Shown here piece after piece: positions 39,511 to 53,680 of a DNA stretch of 64,000 bases. Numbering within the stretch: the stretch's first letter is position 1; every line of letters starts with the position of its first letter. Both the position numbers and the translations under genes were made by a program. Below the pieces are notes generated by a model, which worked only from the letters and a program-made list of their open reading frames with translations, was not told where the DNA came from and ran no database searches. The DNA is from Ostrea edulis (Eukaryota): the NCBI RefSeq assembly GCF_947568905.1, contig NC_079170.1:54002001-54066000 (forward strand), written 5' to 3'.

Positions 39511-42435
39511 GTGTGGAATGATTTTTATCATCTATTGTACTATCAGCAAGTTCTGGTGGGCAGCACGCGTTGTGATAATGCATCTGCAGAAAACTCGTGT
39601 TATGTTCTTGATATATCTGGAAAAAAAATAACCATTTAATTAAAGCTCATTTCTCGATAAAATGCTTTAATTTTTTGAATTTACCGACTGTGTATGTACA
39701 TGAAATTGACAGAAAAAAACAATAACACCTGTTCTGTACAGTTCAAAGACACCCGGGGGGGGGGGGGGGGGGGGTCCGCACAAAAATGGGTAAGTCTATT
39801 ATGAATTCGAAACAGAGACATTTTTTTCCCCTGTAAAATCAACAAGTGTGTTCAAATACTTTTAAAGGGATTCTTATTCAGACAAATCACATGAAACCCA
39901 AGTTATCAGAAACAGTGACATGGTACATGTGTTTGTGAAGAACCTCAGACCATTCTAAGTTTTTTTTTATGTTTACTGGTGTTCGATTATTTATGTTTAC
40001 TAGCGTTCCTCCTAGTCAAAAAATTCCCTTTCTATAAGGAAATCTTTGGTACATTTTGTTGAAAATAAAAATTTACATCAATCAAAGCAAACTCTCTGTG
40101 TTAATGATCAAAGAGCAACATTGAGCACAAATATCATTATATCTTGTTTTTCGAGAGATTTATCGTGAAAAAGCCACATGCAAAATATGCTTAATGCATA
40201 AATGGAATTTCCTAGTATTAGACTCGGCTATATTTTCTAACTAAGATTGTGCAACTTCAAGTATATCATTCTCATGTAAATCTAACTTCCCAAGAGATTC
40301 ATTTTCACAACTTGTAAAAGAATTCCTCTTCAACATTTATGTGGCAAAACCCACAGACACGCAAGTTTATTTACCACAAACTCAAGCAGGTGCTTGAAAT
40401 TCAGCTTCCTTTCTAAACATCCCTGCTTGTACACAGCAAGACAAAATGTTAAATATATACCTTTTATTTATACACCTGGAAAAATCGAAAAGCTAACACA
40501 CTGTTACTCGCCTATAAAAAAAAAATGTTAGGCTTTATTATGCCCGATTCCGAAAGGTGTTTTCCTTATTAGTTTGTGACGAGAGATTGTGTTCAAGTTC
40601 AGTTTATTCACTCAAACCCTATAATGGTACATGAGAAACATACACATCATTACAACTATACACTTGTCAGAGGTTATATATTAAAGAGATAATCTGTAGA
40701 CTTAAATATACAATATACAAAATATGGTATAATGGAAAGAAACATGGGAGGCTATCCGATAGACTTGCTCAAGTCTCTATGTTTAATAATCAGTGCTCTC
40801 TTTAATACTTTTGATAATGCCAAACATAATGGACCATACATGCCATCTCTTAATCTACACATATATTCAGATTGTACATTGTTAGGGTCTTGTTATGCAA
40901 TTAATTGAGTGACTGAATGAGGCAGCACTCTCCAACAGGTTATTTTTTGTGTTTGAAGTTGAAGAACACTAATTCAGATTTCTTTGTACATTATAGAGTA
41001 TATTTTTTCAATTAAATCATTTGTTAGATGTTGGAACTGTATTTCCATTTCGTCTCCTCTGGATGGGGCACTTGCCCACATTTTTAGATATGGTCAAGTT
41101 GGTGGCCTGTTTTATGCCGAATAGCTCCATCTTTTTTGCCATTTGTACTCCATTATCATATTGTTTATGTTTTCATATCCATAATTGTGTGATTTGTTAG
41201 TCTAAATAAGATAAATGTTACTTTAATTCCAACAAGTGTGACATTTATATTTTGAATATTGTGATTCTGTTTGGCATTTGTAATAAATGCTAATTTCAAC
41301 ACAATCTGACTTAGTACTTATTTAGTAAAACTTAGCAAAAAACATAGCAGAGTAGACTCATGGAGATGTTTAGGGAGGAAAACATAAGGTAGACATAAAG
41401 AGGAAGGTATAATTGTATTTATGTGCAACATAAAGTAATTTATGCCTTCTCGATTAATTATTGTACAACTACCCGGTATTCTATTAACAATTTTTCCGGA
41501 ATTTGACGTGTTGAGCTTTTAGGTTTTATGTGTAATTCAACCCCACTTTCTTTGTTCACTTTCGCCATCTTTGTTTTGTATATGCACGTCAGTAATTTAT
41601 AGACCGAAACTATGTTTGGTGACATTAAGTATGGTAGAGAGCAGAGAAACACAGTAAAATTTGGATAAAATGATACTGTAATAAAAACAACATAGAGACT
41701 TGATCAAGTCTAGCTATCCGACTATATCATATATTCTTAAAATAAACATACATAGATCTTTTAATGTTGTAAAGTTAGTATTCGACATAAGTTGGCAAAA
41801 CTTGGTGACATTTGGTGATGTACAATATCTAGCATTTAAATATTTCTCTCTTAAATTCGTTAATTCTTTACATTCAAGAATATAGTGAAATTTATCAGCA
41901 ATGTGTCCTGAGTTACATAATTTACATATTCTTTCATTGAGAGGGATATTGTACCGTCTCCCAGTCTACACTGAGAGATGATGATTTGATGTTCGAAATA
42001 TTCTGTATATCTGGCCTTTTGATGACTCGTTTATATCACTAAATCATGTTTTAATAAATTGCTCTTGTAAACCTTTGCATTACAATGGATACATTTACGA
42101 TATCTTATTCAGACCAGATAATAGAGAACCCACTCATGTCTAATATTTTCTTAATACACGGGATCCAAGAGTTTGACATGTGTCTACTATTGTGATGCAT
42201 AAATAAATACCTTTACAGAACAAATACAATTTTATTTTCTGGGCATTTAAACAATTTTACCCAGTAAGATACCTTTCTTGTATATACATGAACTCGTATA
42301 TTGATATACAAAGGGTAAGTTAAAATATACTTCTAAGAATTCTAAATGTACACGTTCAATAATATCTATGTTTTCTTTACCCAAAACTTTACATCCATAT
42401 AAAGTAACACTGGAACTACAATCTTATCAAATAAA

Positions 42436-42640
42436 TCAACTGGTGAGTTGCCTTATTTTTCTGATTATCCCATGCATGGCTTTTTGTGCCTGTTCACATG
42501 TTGTGTTTTGTTGTTGTGTTTTGTTTTTTGCTTTAAAAAGACCCTGATCTGAAAAAAAAATCCACAACAATACCATGATTGTTGATAAGTTTATTTTATA
42601 TTTATGTAAAAGTTTGTACATTATAAGTTTCAGTTTTGCG
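42436..42640 (-). mobile_element. Degraded non-LTR (CR1/L2-group-like) RT thumb fragment
   Basis: ...LLWIFFSDQGLFK...EQAQKAMHGIIRKIRQL resembles the YLG..F...G.F...QA.KAM motif downstream of the RT domain. Confidence 0.55.
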
Positions 42641-43105
42641 AGCCCACTTTCCGACCTATTCCTGGTAAGATTGGACTTCTTTCACGCCATATTTTAATCT
42701 GAAATATGAAAAGAAAACTGACAAATATATATCATAAGGATCATGATAAATTTCATGTTTAGAAGCCCAAACTTTAAAGCCTCACGATACAGTACAAAAC
42801 ACGGAGCATAGTCCTCTCGGGATGCGAGATTTTGGCCCTCATACATGTACACATGTACGACGCATTACAAATTAGTACGATTTTGTGCGAATTACGTGAG
42901 GAATGTAAGATAAAGAGTGATATACTCATCAACAATCATAATATCAGGATATACATACTCTCTATCAAACAAATCAAGCAGGCAGAGATGAAATGACCGA
43001 AAAAGATGGGTTTAAATAATCAATTTCAACGTTGTAAACCTACTCGTGAAAAGCGAACGAAGAGTTTGAGATAAGTACGGGCTTCTGAAATTCGGTGCCT
43101 ATCAT

Positions 43106-45019
43106 CGTGGGGATCCGGGTTAGTATAGGTCCTCAGTACACCTTGCTTGTCGTAAGAGGCGACTAAATGGGGCGGTCCTTCGGAGGAGACCGCAAAAACA
43201 AGATAATTTGTACCCTCAAGTAGGACCCGGGGTCACACGAAAATAGTTCTTATATCTCAAAATAAATGCGCGTAATAATAAATACCATCTGTTAGATGCA
43301 CAAATATTTCGGCAGGTAGACATGCTCCAATTTACATTCTGTTATGGATCCTTTTATTTTAGATCTTTCCACCTTTCTGTGTTTTTCTTTAAATATGTCT
43401 ATTAATTACTGTCATTATTATTATCAATCTATATTTCTTTTCCTGATAGAGTGATTTTTGTTTGTTTCAATGCTTACAGATGAATAAAATTCATCATTAT
43501 ACAAAACCAAAAAAAATATGCTTTTGTGGGACCATATCGACAGGGGAATTGTTTCAACTAACCGATTGATTAACGGTTCTACAAAGGTTACCCGTGGTCA
43601 CCATCATAATGTACTTATGGTCACCCATTGATGTCCCCTGGCGATCCATTGATTTAATTTTCGCATATTGGTTCCCTCTGGTCACCCTTTGATGTAATGG
43701 TCATATAAGGGTTACCTCTGGTCACCTATTGATGTAAGGGTCATATAAGGTTTCCACTGGTCACCCATTGATGTAATGGTCATGTAAGGGTACCTCTGGT
43801 CATCATTGATAAAATTGATAGAAAGGTGTCCTGAGGTAACCGACATCTCAGTGTATGGATGATCCTAGGTCACCCTTGTTTTTATTTCTATTTCTGTTTC
43901 AAATACATAGCCGAGTAGAGTGACCACATGACCAATCTCCTTCTGTGTCCGAAATCCATATTTCCCGTTATCTCTTATACACATCTTACAGACACGCCTT
44001 AAATATGTTATATTTCTATTTACTGCAATTCTAATGAACAATTACAAAGTCAAACCATAACATAACTTAGACAAAATACCACAGGCACTCGACGTTTTAA
44101 ATATCTATATAATAAAATTGTCTTCCTGTAAACATAATATTCACAAGGCCATGTGAATATTATGTTTACAACTTTACAAGAAGACAATTTTTTTTTATTA
44201 TTATAGATATTTAAAACGTCCAGTGCCTGTGACAAAATACCTATGGATCATCTAAACATAAATTTGGACAACACTTACTTGGGTTTGGTGAAAATCTGCC
44301 CAGTAGAAGATTTACAAACGGATACACAAATGATCATTTGAGCTCATTTTATTCTTTGGCTCAGGTGAGCTAAACATTTCACCTTGGCACTATTGTAGCA
44401 TTATAAAATATAATCCACCGTAACATGATTTTCATATCTGAAATCTATAGGTGAGCAGAGGTCACCTTCTAAGTGTAACATTATCTTGTAATCATCTGTA
44501 AATAAATTACAAATAAATAAAAGGATGATGTTCCAAGTTCAATTTCACTGCATTGCATTCATTATAAGCTAGGTTTATATCACATTTTCGTATTTGGGAA
44601 AATCTGAGGGATTCAGATAACAGTGAATTATCATGTTTAGAATTAGGCAATTTTTTGCTAAGAAATGATGACATGTAAATGATCAATAATGACTTGCTCA
44701 GTATTCCTTTCCATTCGGTACTGCGCAAATACATTGTCTGCATTCTACTTTCATTTTATGTGGGACTATTTTTATAGCGTAGGAAAGCGTGTAGAAAATA
44801 GGGTGACCCAGGGTCATACTAAAATGAGGTGACCCTGGGTCCTACTTGAGGGTACGAATTATTTTTCTCCATAGCAGGACGATAAAAATCCCTCCCTGCT
44901 AAAAGGCCGTAAGCGCTGAGCATAGGCCTAAAGTGCAGCCCTTAACCGGCAATGAAGATGTCTCCATATGAGTGAAAAATTCTCGAGAGGGACGTAAAAC
45001 AACATACAATCAATCAATC
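43106..45019 (+). mobile_element. SINE-like copy split into 43106-43200 and 44879-45019 by an inserted DNA transposon
   Basis: The two parts are colinear with the 5' and 3' parts of the copy at 13596-13856. Confidence 0.75.
43206..44859. mobile_element. About 1.65-kb non-autonomous DNA transposon with ~30-bp TIRs and TA flanks
   Basis: TA|ATTTGTACCCTCAAGTAGGACCCGGGGTCAC ... GTGACCCTGGGTCCTACTTGAGGGTACGAAT|TA; internal GGTCACC-rich degenerate repeats at about 43590-43880. Confidence 0.8.
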
Positions 45020-47460
45020 GCTCAAAAGTAAATGCGAAACCACGCTTCTGTTTTCCGAAATGTGGTATTTTAACGATATCGGTTTTATTTTTACCTTGCG
45101 ATATCTTAAGGTAGGTAAATACTATTAGAAATTTCTGTCAATCAAATTTTTTTTTTTTCATTTAAATAACTTAAACAACTCATAAACTAACTAAAAAAAA
45201 CCCATATTAGACATACCTTTGCGGGTTTATTTTTATACTATGTGCTACAGAGCACATATACCCCCAAATGCAAAAGCCAAATTTTAACACAAGAATGCAT
45301 GATCTCATGTTTTACTAAAAATATGCACCAAAGCACATCATATTAAGCTATAATATATAAAAACCAATAGCTATTCATTTACCGAGAGAATTTTTAAAGA
45401 TATTCAATTTAAAACATACACAATTGCTGTTTAATCTGCTCACATCCTTCAGAAAAAAATCACAGAATATCGCAATTTTGAAAAATTCTCAAAATCTAAA
45501 TTGTTTACATGCCAGTTTTTCTTTAAAAATATTTAGAATTATATCTAAGGTTAACAAAAAAAAAACAACAACATATTTTACCATAGTTGACCAGAGATAT
45601 TTTGCAAAATGGTCTCTTGAATACGTAAACCCCCATTTTTAAATTTAAGTTTTACAATTATTCTTTGCACACTTTGAAAAGAGTAAATTGTAACAGCAAA
45701 TACAGTCTTAAAATCAAGATTAACAGAATATGACAATATATATATATGTAAAACATACTGAAAATGTTGTCCTACCAGACAATTGGAACACAAGGGGGGG
45801 GGGGGGGGGGCTCCTCTACCCCTTCCTTTTCTCACAAATTTTTTGGTGTGTGTGTTATTCTTTTTGTGTTTGGCTATCAATCATATCATACATAAAAATA
45901 CCTACATGCTATCTCATACTTATAGAAAAAATAAATATAGTGTAACATATGTGTAGATTCTAGCAACTACAGCTCATGTACAAATAATTTTGTTTCTTGA
46001 AAGTACTTGTGAAGAAGAGTTCAAATATTCAACAACTTTGTTGATGATTTTCTGAGGATTTATAATTCTGGGTTTCTTTGAACCAAACACAAACTCACTA
46101 AAACCAGTTTGAATTCCACTGTGAGGGTCACGCCTTTGTATGATTTTTAACTTGTTCAGGCTTAGATTGCAAGCTATGAGCCTTTTAGAGATCAATGTAG
46201 ATATTACATTGCTTTGTACCATTGGAGCTAGTGAGGACTTGATACTATAATAATTCATATATCTACGATTCACATTTGAATGCTAAATTTGACTCGTACA
46301 GTTCTCGTAAACTACAAACATCAGACAAAGAAGTTATAAATGGAACTTTCTAGTCGGTGTTTAAAATTTAAAACCGGATACGTAAAAGCACGGACTTTCC
46401 TTAAATATCCGATATCAATTCCTTCCTGGGTGCTCTTATCAACTGTGACCAAATTCAAGTTGATTTTGCAGAAACGGGAAGTTAAAGATGAGTCAAGCTT
46501 TAGAAAAGAATAGATGGGAAAACAAAGGTTACATAAACGACATATCGGCGGAGGAGGACATGCATGCATTGTACGTGTCCGTGAGGCACTCAATGTACAT
46601 TGACTATTCATCAGTTTGATATGTAAAAGTTTTACAAAGATTTGAGTTAATGCACGTGCTCTCCAACATATGTAATTACGGGGGCGTCGGAAAGTGGAAA
46701 GGGGAGTGGAGGGGGTTGAACCATTTAGATTTCCACCAGTATCTTTTTGATATATTCTTTCTTTTTCCATTAACCTGATGACACAGTATGGAATGAAATG
46801 AAGTTTGATTTTATGTGTTTTTATTTCCATTGCATTAATTATATATATAGCAAAAGGCACTAATCAGATTGATATGTTTTGATTTCACGGATATGTACAA
46901 ATGTAGAGCCATTATCCTCGGTTCAAATATTGAAGAAAAGGGTCCAAGTGTTGATTGTTCTGGGGTTGAAGGAACACATTTCTTGATTCTTTTTGTCGAA
47001 AGAAAGCTTCGGAAATTTGAAATGTTGATTAATGCACGTTAACACCCACCCCCTAACACATCACCATCATGAGGGAACGTGTGCGGACTCAAAACCATGG
47101 TTTGCGACGATGCCCCCTCCTCTTTCTTAAAGTAGAAAGAAAGCAAATATATATGTGTGACAATAATGATTTAAAAGAAATAAAGAATGTTGTGATATAT
47201 TGATAGTAAAATGATTTCATACTGAGCTAAATTATTACCAGGTTATAACTTCAAAATTGTAAGTGTACTTTATAATTTTTTGTATGTACACAATATCTTA
47301 CCGGCACTGTTAAAACCCCGTGGTTTGAATGTATTCATAGAATTTTAAACATGTGTGGACATTCAAATATATGGCATCACCGAGAGAACGTAAATGAAAT
47401 ATGGATAACAAATGCTGTGAAACACTTAAGGATCAATTTATTCAAACATAGTCGAGCGAT

Positions 47461-47700
47461 ATGTTTAATTCATCTAAAGGTAAAATATGCAGTACTTTTA
47501 AGATAGACTTTGGACTTGAAAAATATTTAGAAAAATTGTCTAAAAAATTCAGAACTCTTCTTAAATTTCGCACCATCAATCACCACCTACCAGTAGAGAC
47601 TGGCAGATGGATTAGTGAAATATTTTGTGTAATGAATAAAAAATTGCAGATGAATTCCAATAAATATTAGAATGAAGTACTTTGTAAAATATTAGAAAAG
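47461..47700 (+). mobile_element. Non-LTR retrotransposon 3' fragment (CR1/L2-group-like C-terminal region)
   Basis: FKIDFGLEKYLEKLSKKFRTLLKFRTINHHLPVETGRW matches the typical post-RT motif F..EKYL...KFRT.NH.LPVETGRW. Confidence 0.75.
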
Positions 47701-48920
47701 AGTACCTATACAGTATAGGTACTACACGAGACCAAATATTAAATTTCATTATGTCAACCAGTAAGATTAAAACACTAAAAAAAAACACCTCTGTATGTTT
47801 ATTTAAAAAATCTATGAGTTAGTCTGGCCTCTTTAACATATGTAAAAAATAAAAATAATCCACCATAGGAATTTTTAAAATGTTGTTTACTGCTCAAGAT
47901 TGATTTTACATAGAATTTTACATCGAAGTCTATGGGAAGAGCATATTTTATTAAAATATCTTTGAAAGAAATTATAATTTCATACAAATCTCTTGGTATA
48001 AAGTTGCATACACTTTCTCTGTATGAAACATTTTTTAAGAAAAGTAGATATTTCTTATTTTTATAAAGGGCAAATAACTTTTCAAAAAAGTCTCAAGTGC
48101 AAAAAGGTCAGCTTCTAATCATTTACCAGTAATGTGAATTTCATCTGCTTCACTTTCATCATTATTTAACAATAAACATTTATTTTGATTTAAATCCTTC
48201 AAAATTGTTCGTTATCCTTTCTTTATACATTGAATACCGTAATCTTAATTCAAAATGCAAACATTCATTTTGTGTGTGTATATATTATTGGATATAACAA
48301 TATGTGGTATATCAAAATTGTGTATGATTATACAAGTGCATATATAAATGTAGACCTAAGATTTCCTTGTTATAGCGGGGTGTACATACAATCAGTTCTG
48401 TTTTTAGCAGCCGGTGGTACTGAGGAAGTTCCATTGATGATGACTGCAAGGCGAGGAGGAATGTACAATATAAATGTCAGACGACAACGGCCATGTAAAC
48501 GCAGATGGTGGAGGCGATGTTAAGCAGTAACTCACACCGCTGATATGTACATCAACAGACTGTAAATAAACAATGTGTCCACTCCGATATTACTCCATGA
48601 TTCTATTGTTTTCTATTCCCATAGTATAAAGAAACTAGACATTTAGTTCTTACACATGTATTCATATGTGTGACACAACTTAATATTTCTTCATGTTCAC
48701 TTGAGAGGTGCGTCACAGTTCCTATATTGAGAAATATGATAAAATGAAACAAGAAAAATGTATTGCTGACTAAACATTGGTGAATGTGAATATTCCAGTA
48801 TGGAAAACTAAGATTACTGATTTAATCTGCATATCATGGTCAATGTCCAATCGTGGAGTTGTACCAGTGTGTGAGGTGGCTCTCCTTGATCTTGTTCAGG
48901 AAGCATTGATAATGATGACA

Positions 48921-49420
48921 AATACGTGTGGAAGCATTAAAATACGTGTGGAAGCATTACAATACGTGTGGAAGCATTAAAATACGTGTGGAAGCATTAA
49001 AATACGTGTGGAAGCATTACAATACGTGTGGAAGCATTAAAATACGTGTGGAAGCATTAAAATACGTGTGGAAGCATTACAATACGTGTGGAAGCATTAA
49101 AATACGTGTGGAAGCATTAAAATACGTGTGGAAGCATTACAATACGTGTGGAAGCATTAAAATACGTGTGGAAGCATTAAAATACGTGTGGAAGCATTAA
49201 AATACGTGTGGAAGCATTACAATACGTGTGGAAGCATTAAAATACGTGTGGAAGCATTACAATACGTGTGGAAGCATTACAATACGTGTGGAAGCATTAA
49301 AATACGTGTGGAAGCATTACAATACGTGTGGAAGCATTACAATACGTGTGGAAGCATTAAAATACGTGTGGAAGCATTAAAATACGTGTGGAAGCATTAC
49401 AATACGTGTGGAAGCATTAA
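48921..49420. repeat. 20-bp minisatellite x25
   Basis: Unit aatacgtgtggaagcatta(a/c); 500 bp. Confidence 0.98.
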
Positions 49421-49677
49421 TACTCAGAACTAAAGATACGTGTGTAATATTGGACAGAACTCAGTCTGAAATAAATCATATATTAAGCACTGAAAAGGCC
49501 ACGACACTGTTGGTTATTTAAAACTCGAATTTTCGACGCAACCCACGTCTTTATCAAGAGACGTATATTACATAAACAAATAACACGCAAAAACGACAAG
49601 TATCGATAAACTACATTGGTGACAAGAGTGATACACTGTTGTACTGAGTGATAAAAATGGTGGTGGTTTCGTTGTAA

Positions 49678-50126
49678 GGAATGAGAGTACCAAACCCCCG
49701 TATGCGTAACCCGGACGGAGTTTACCCAAGATTGAGCGGAGGTATAAATGTCTAGGTGTTGCGTGATTGGCTAATATCAAGAGTGAAATTATTTGGAATT
49801 GAAAGAAATATTATAGAGGTTCAAATTAATTGTCAGGATGAAAAATTATCGCACAAAATCGAGAAATGACTGAGGAAATTACCATGGTAGGGGTGTGCTT
49901 AAAATGAAGTGTGTAATTTACTGCAGATTGCTATGTGTTGTAAAAAAGTACAAATATGGCCTATAAAAGGCACGGGACCCTATATATTTTTTGTCATTTT
50001 TTATCAACACTTGGAATGAACTTTGAAATGTTTGCGGTCATTTGTTTAAAATCGATATGGTTAATTAGTGAGAGGGCCAAAGGTTAACATTGAGGTCTAT
50101 GGGAAATGAATTGGTACTCTTTTCCC
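49678..50126. mobile_element. 449-bp TIR element, copy 1
   Basis: Ends GGAATGAGAGTACCAA and TTGGTACTCTTTTCCC (imperfect 16-bp TIR); about 99% identical to 51007-51455. Confidence 0.85.
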
Positions 50127-51006
50127 TATAGAGGCCTCATCAGGTAACTTTTCAATCCGGAAATAATGCTTATTTCACTTTATTTGAAACCAGAATCACG
50201 TTTTTAATACATTTTTATGAAAATTGGATTACACAAGAGCCAATGGGATTGAGATCACAAAATTTCAGTTTTTTGAGGTTCTATAACGATAAATTAGTAT
50301 GGGGTTCTGAAAATATCCCAGTAAAGGGGGAGGGTAATACCAGAGAAATACCAGGTGCCGCGCATAAAATACAGAGATGCCTCACCAGGTGTTAGTATCT
50401 TACATATCAACCATTTCTGTCATTAAAGGCTGTGTATCGGCCTGGAGATCCTGCTTTGTCTCGGAGGCAGATTTCTACGGAAGGGGGTGGGGTACAAGTT
50501 TTATCATATAATCTAATCTGCAGGAAACCAGGTAATAGCCATTTTATTTATTGGGTACCTATATAGTGTAAGTTTCATAATATAGTAAAAGTATGCAGAA
50601 TTCTCCATTTACTACTTAATATAAGAGTATATTTCAGCAATTTTTGTGGAATTTTCAGGAAATTTGGGGTCATTCTCAAATTCCGGGTAGAATCCACCCG
50701 GATGAAGATATGAACAAAATTTTATCTTAAAATGATTGTATATTCCATAACAAACAAATCACATGCGATTTACAGATATAATATTTATTACAGTCGTCAG
50801 CTAGATGGCGAACTTGGGACAGGTGTCAGAATCATTCATTCCCTGTAACGGCACTGTCAGCAGACGGTACACTTGTTTAGGGTGTTCACAGTACCCTTCA
50901 CGTTGAAGTTACAGAACTAAATTTTCATCCATATACACTTCAGTATGTAAAGTCTTTGAAAATAACAAATTTGCCTAATTTTAAGGTCGTTAACATTATG
51001 AGTATA

Positions 51007-51455
51007 GGAATGAGAGTACCAAACCCCCGTATGCGTAACCCGGACGGAGTTTACCCAAGATTGAGCGGAGGTATAAATGTCTAGGTGTTGCGTGATTGGC
51101 TAATATCAAGAGTGAAATTATTTGGAATTGAAAGAAATATTATAGAGGTCCAAATTAATTGTCAGGATGAAAAATTATCGCACAAAATCGAGAAATGACT
51201 GAGGAAATTACCATGGTAGGGGTGTGCTTAAAATGAAGTGTGTAATTTACTGCAGATTGCTATGTGTTGTAAAAAAGTACAAATATGGCCTATAAAAGGC
51301 ACGGGACCCTACATATTTTTTGTCATTTTTTATCAACACTTGGAATGAACTTTGAAATGTTTGCGGTCATTTGTTTAAAATCGATATAGTTAATTAGTGA
51401 GAGGGCCAAAGGTTAACATTGAGGTCTATGGGAAATGAATTGGTACTCTTTTCCC
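51007..51455. mobile_element. 449-bp TIR element, copy 2 (direct orientation)
   Basis: Same length as copy 1; three substitutions seen by eye. Confidence 0.85.
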
Positions 51456-52053
51456 GTAAAGCGTGTTTACTGACTATGGTTTAAAGAGTTTGTACCATGC
51501 TAGGGTCAGGATGAAAATAGAATTATTCTTGAAAATTACAGAAATCAGATAAATTTAGAGGGAAAACTTACAAAACAATGTGATTATGGAATAAAATGGT
51601 GGGAAGATAATGATATAGACTGATTAAGTTCAAAACAATATTAGGTAGGCCGTACCATTGATGATTCGGATATGGTGAACAGCGAAAAACAATGATTGCC
51701 AGAAGAACACGATCAAACAACAAACAAGGTCAATCAAAAGACACAGATCTAGCATTAAAATCAAAATCTACAATCAAATAGGTGAATGGGAGAGAAGTCT
51801 AAGGAAACAGAAACAGTATTATTTTTCAAGGTAATATACCTTTCAAGGTCAGACAAATTAAAGCGGCATTCTAGAAACCCCGACATCGCAACACAAAGAG
51901 CCATGCGAATCCGAACCTATGTGGATTTAGAATAATGTTTTACCATAGTTTAGAGGTCTTAAGATGATATATTAATAAAATACTCGTCTTCAAGGTCAAT
52001 TCATTTTTTCCCCTTTATTTTAAAAAGCCGCAATGTCGAGACTAGAATATGAA

Positions 52054-52109
<56 letters not shown>

Positions 52110-52341
52110 ATAATTGTAATGATTTCTTATGATTGGGAAGTATTGAAGGTCAAACAATAATCGCAATTTTGGGAATCCTCGTTATGGCTAAATAAAGGAA
52201 CTCAAGGTTAAATAAAGGAACTCAAGGTCAGAGCCTTGAAACCGGGGAAACGAATTGTATTTATATTAATCAAACAAAATAAGATATCTTATCGGGTGAA
52301 TTTTGGCGATTAGGCTATGGAAACTGATTTTAACTAGGGAT

Positions 52342-52815
52342 TTATCCTGGATTCATGCGCGTGAAATCATTCAAATTATTCATTCCACCTGGATGGAATG
52401 ATTTCAAACGGTGCATCCAGGATTTTTCTGTGCTCTTTCTCTCTGCATCGGGCCATATTGGGTTATGATCAATAACAACCACTTGCATGTCTTGCCAAAT
52501 GTGACCTTCTTTGTTGAAATGTTCCCCTACGGGTTCGGTCACGCGTTTGGCGTTGATGGTTGATCGGTGGTTCTTGGTCCTAAGTCTGATGTTTGTAGTT
52601 TCCCCAACATAGTGTTGTCCACATTGTTTACAATTGATGAGGTATATGCAGTTGTTGGTTTTACAGGAGAGTTGACCCAATATTTTATACGTTTTGCCTG
52701 TAGTGAAGCTTTGGAACGTTTCTGAGTTATGGCTAAATTTGCAAAGCAAACAGCGCTTGTCAGAGCAAGTTGAAAAGCCTCCATTGGGCAGGGGGTTGTT
52801 GGGTTTTTTGTGCTT
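52342..52815 (-). mobile_element. Penelope-like element GIY-YIG endonuclease fragment
   Basis: CSDKRCLLC...SCKTNNCIYLINCKQCGQHYVGETTNIRLRTKNHR...GEHF...E..W..RL.SF.P.GMN: GIY-YIG motifs with the PLE Cys linker; 5'-truncated at the (CA)n tract. Confidence 0.85.
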
Positions 52816-52822
52816 ATACACA

Positions 52823-52886
<64 letters not shown>

Positions 52887-52892
<6 letters not shown>

Positions 52893-53680
52893 CACCTGAA
52901 GTATGGATATTACTACCCCCCCTTTTTTCATAATTTTTTTTTTGGTGGCAATAATTTCTCTGAAATGTATGAATTCCCAGTCTATCTCATCCCTCTTTCG
53001 ATTCATGTAATCGTTTCACGCTTTTTGTAAACTTTAAAGATTGGCCTTCTACCGGTATAATAAAATACACAAGGTAAGAAACAAAAATTTGTAAACAAAC
53101 AGGGGGTCCCCGTTTCCGGGCACATTTTCCAAGTAATTACAGCGTTACCTAAGGAATTTTGACGAGCGGCAGGTCGGGGAGATGTCATACTACAAGTCTC
53201 TTCAACTCAAAACCCATCTCATCTCTTTTATTTGACACAATCTTGCGTGCATTGATCGGACAGGGCTTCATCTCTTCCACTGGCAGCCAAAAAGGAGGTC
53301 ACAGAGTACGAATTTATAACGTGTCGTGTGATTGGTCCGCGAACAATCCCGAGACCCTTCGTATGATCCCGAGACTAAGCAATGTCTTTGCGAACCAATC
53401 ACACGGCGCGTACAACAAATTCGTACTCTGTGACCTCCTTTTTGGCTGCCAGTGGAAGAGAAGAAGCCCTGTCCGATCAATGCACGCAAGATTGTGTCAA
53501 ATAAAAGAGATGAGATGGGTTTTGAGTTGAAGAGACTTGTAGTATGACATCTCCCCGACCTGCCGCTCGTCAAAATTCCTTAGGTAACGCTGTAATTACT
53601 TGGAAAATGTGCCCGGAAACGGGGACCCCCTGTTTGTTTACAAATTTTTGTTTCTTACCTTGTGTACTTCAGGTGCCTGT

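Noticed and set aside
45974-46860. 99-aa and 179-aa minus-strand ORFs with partly coding-like composition
   Set aside because: No recognisable motif and no consistent splice model; possibly a decayed element.
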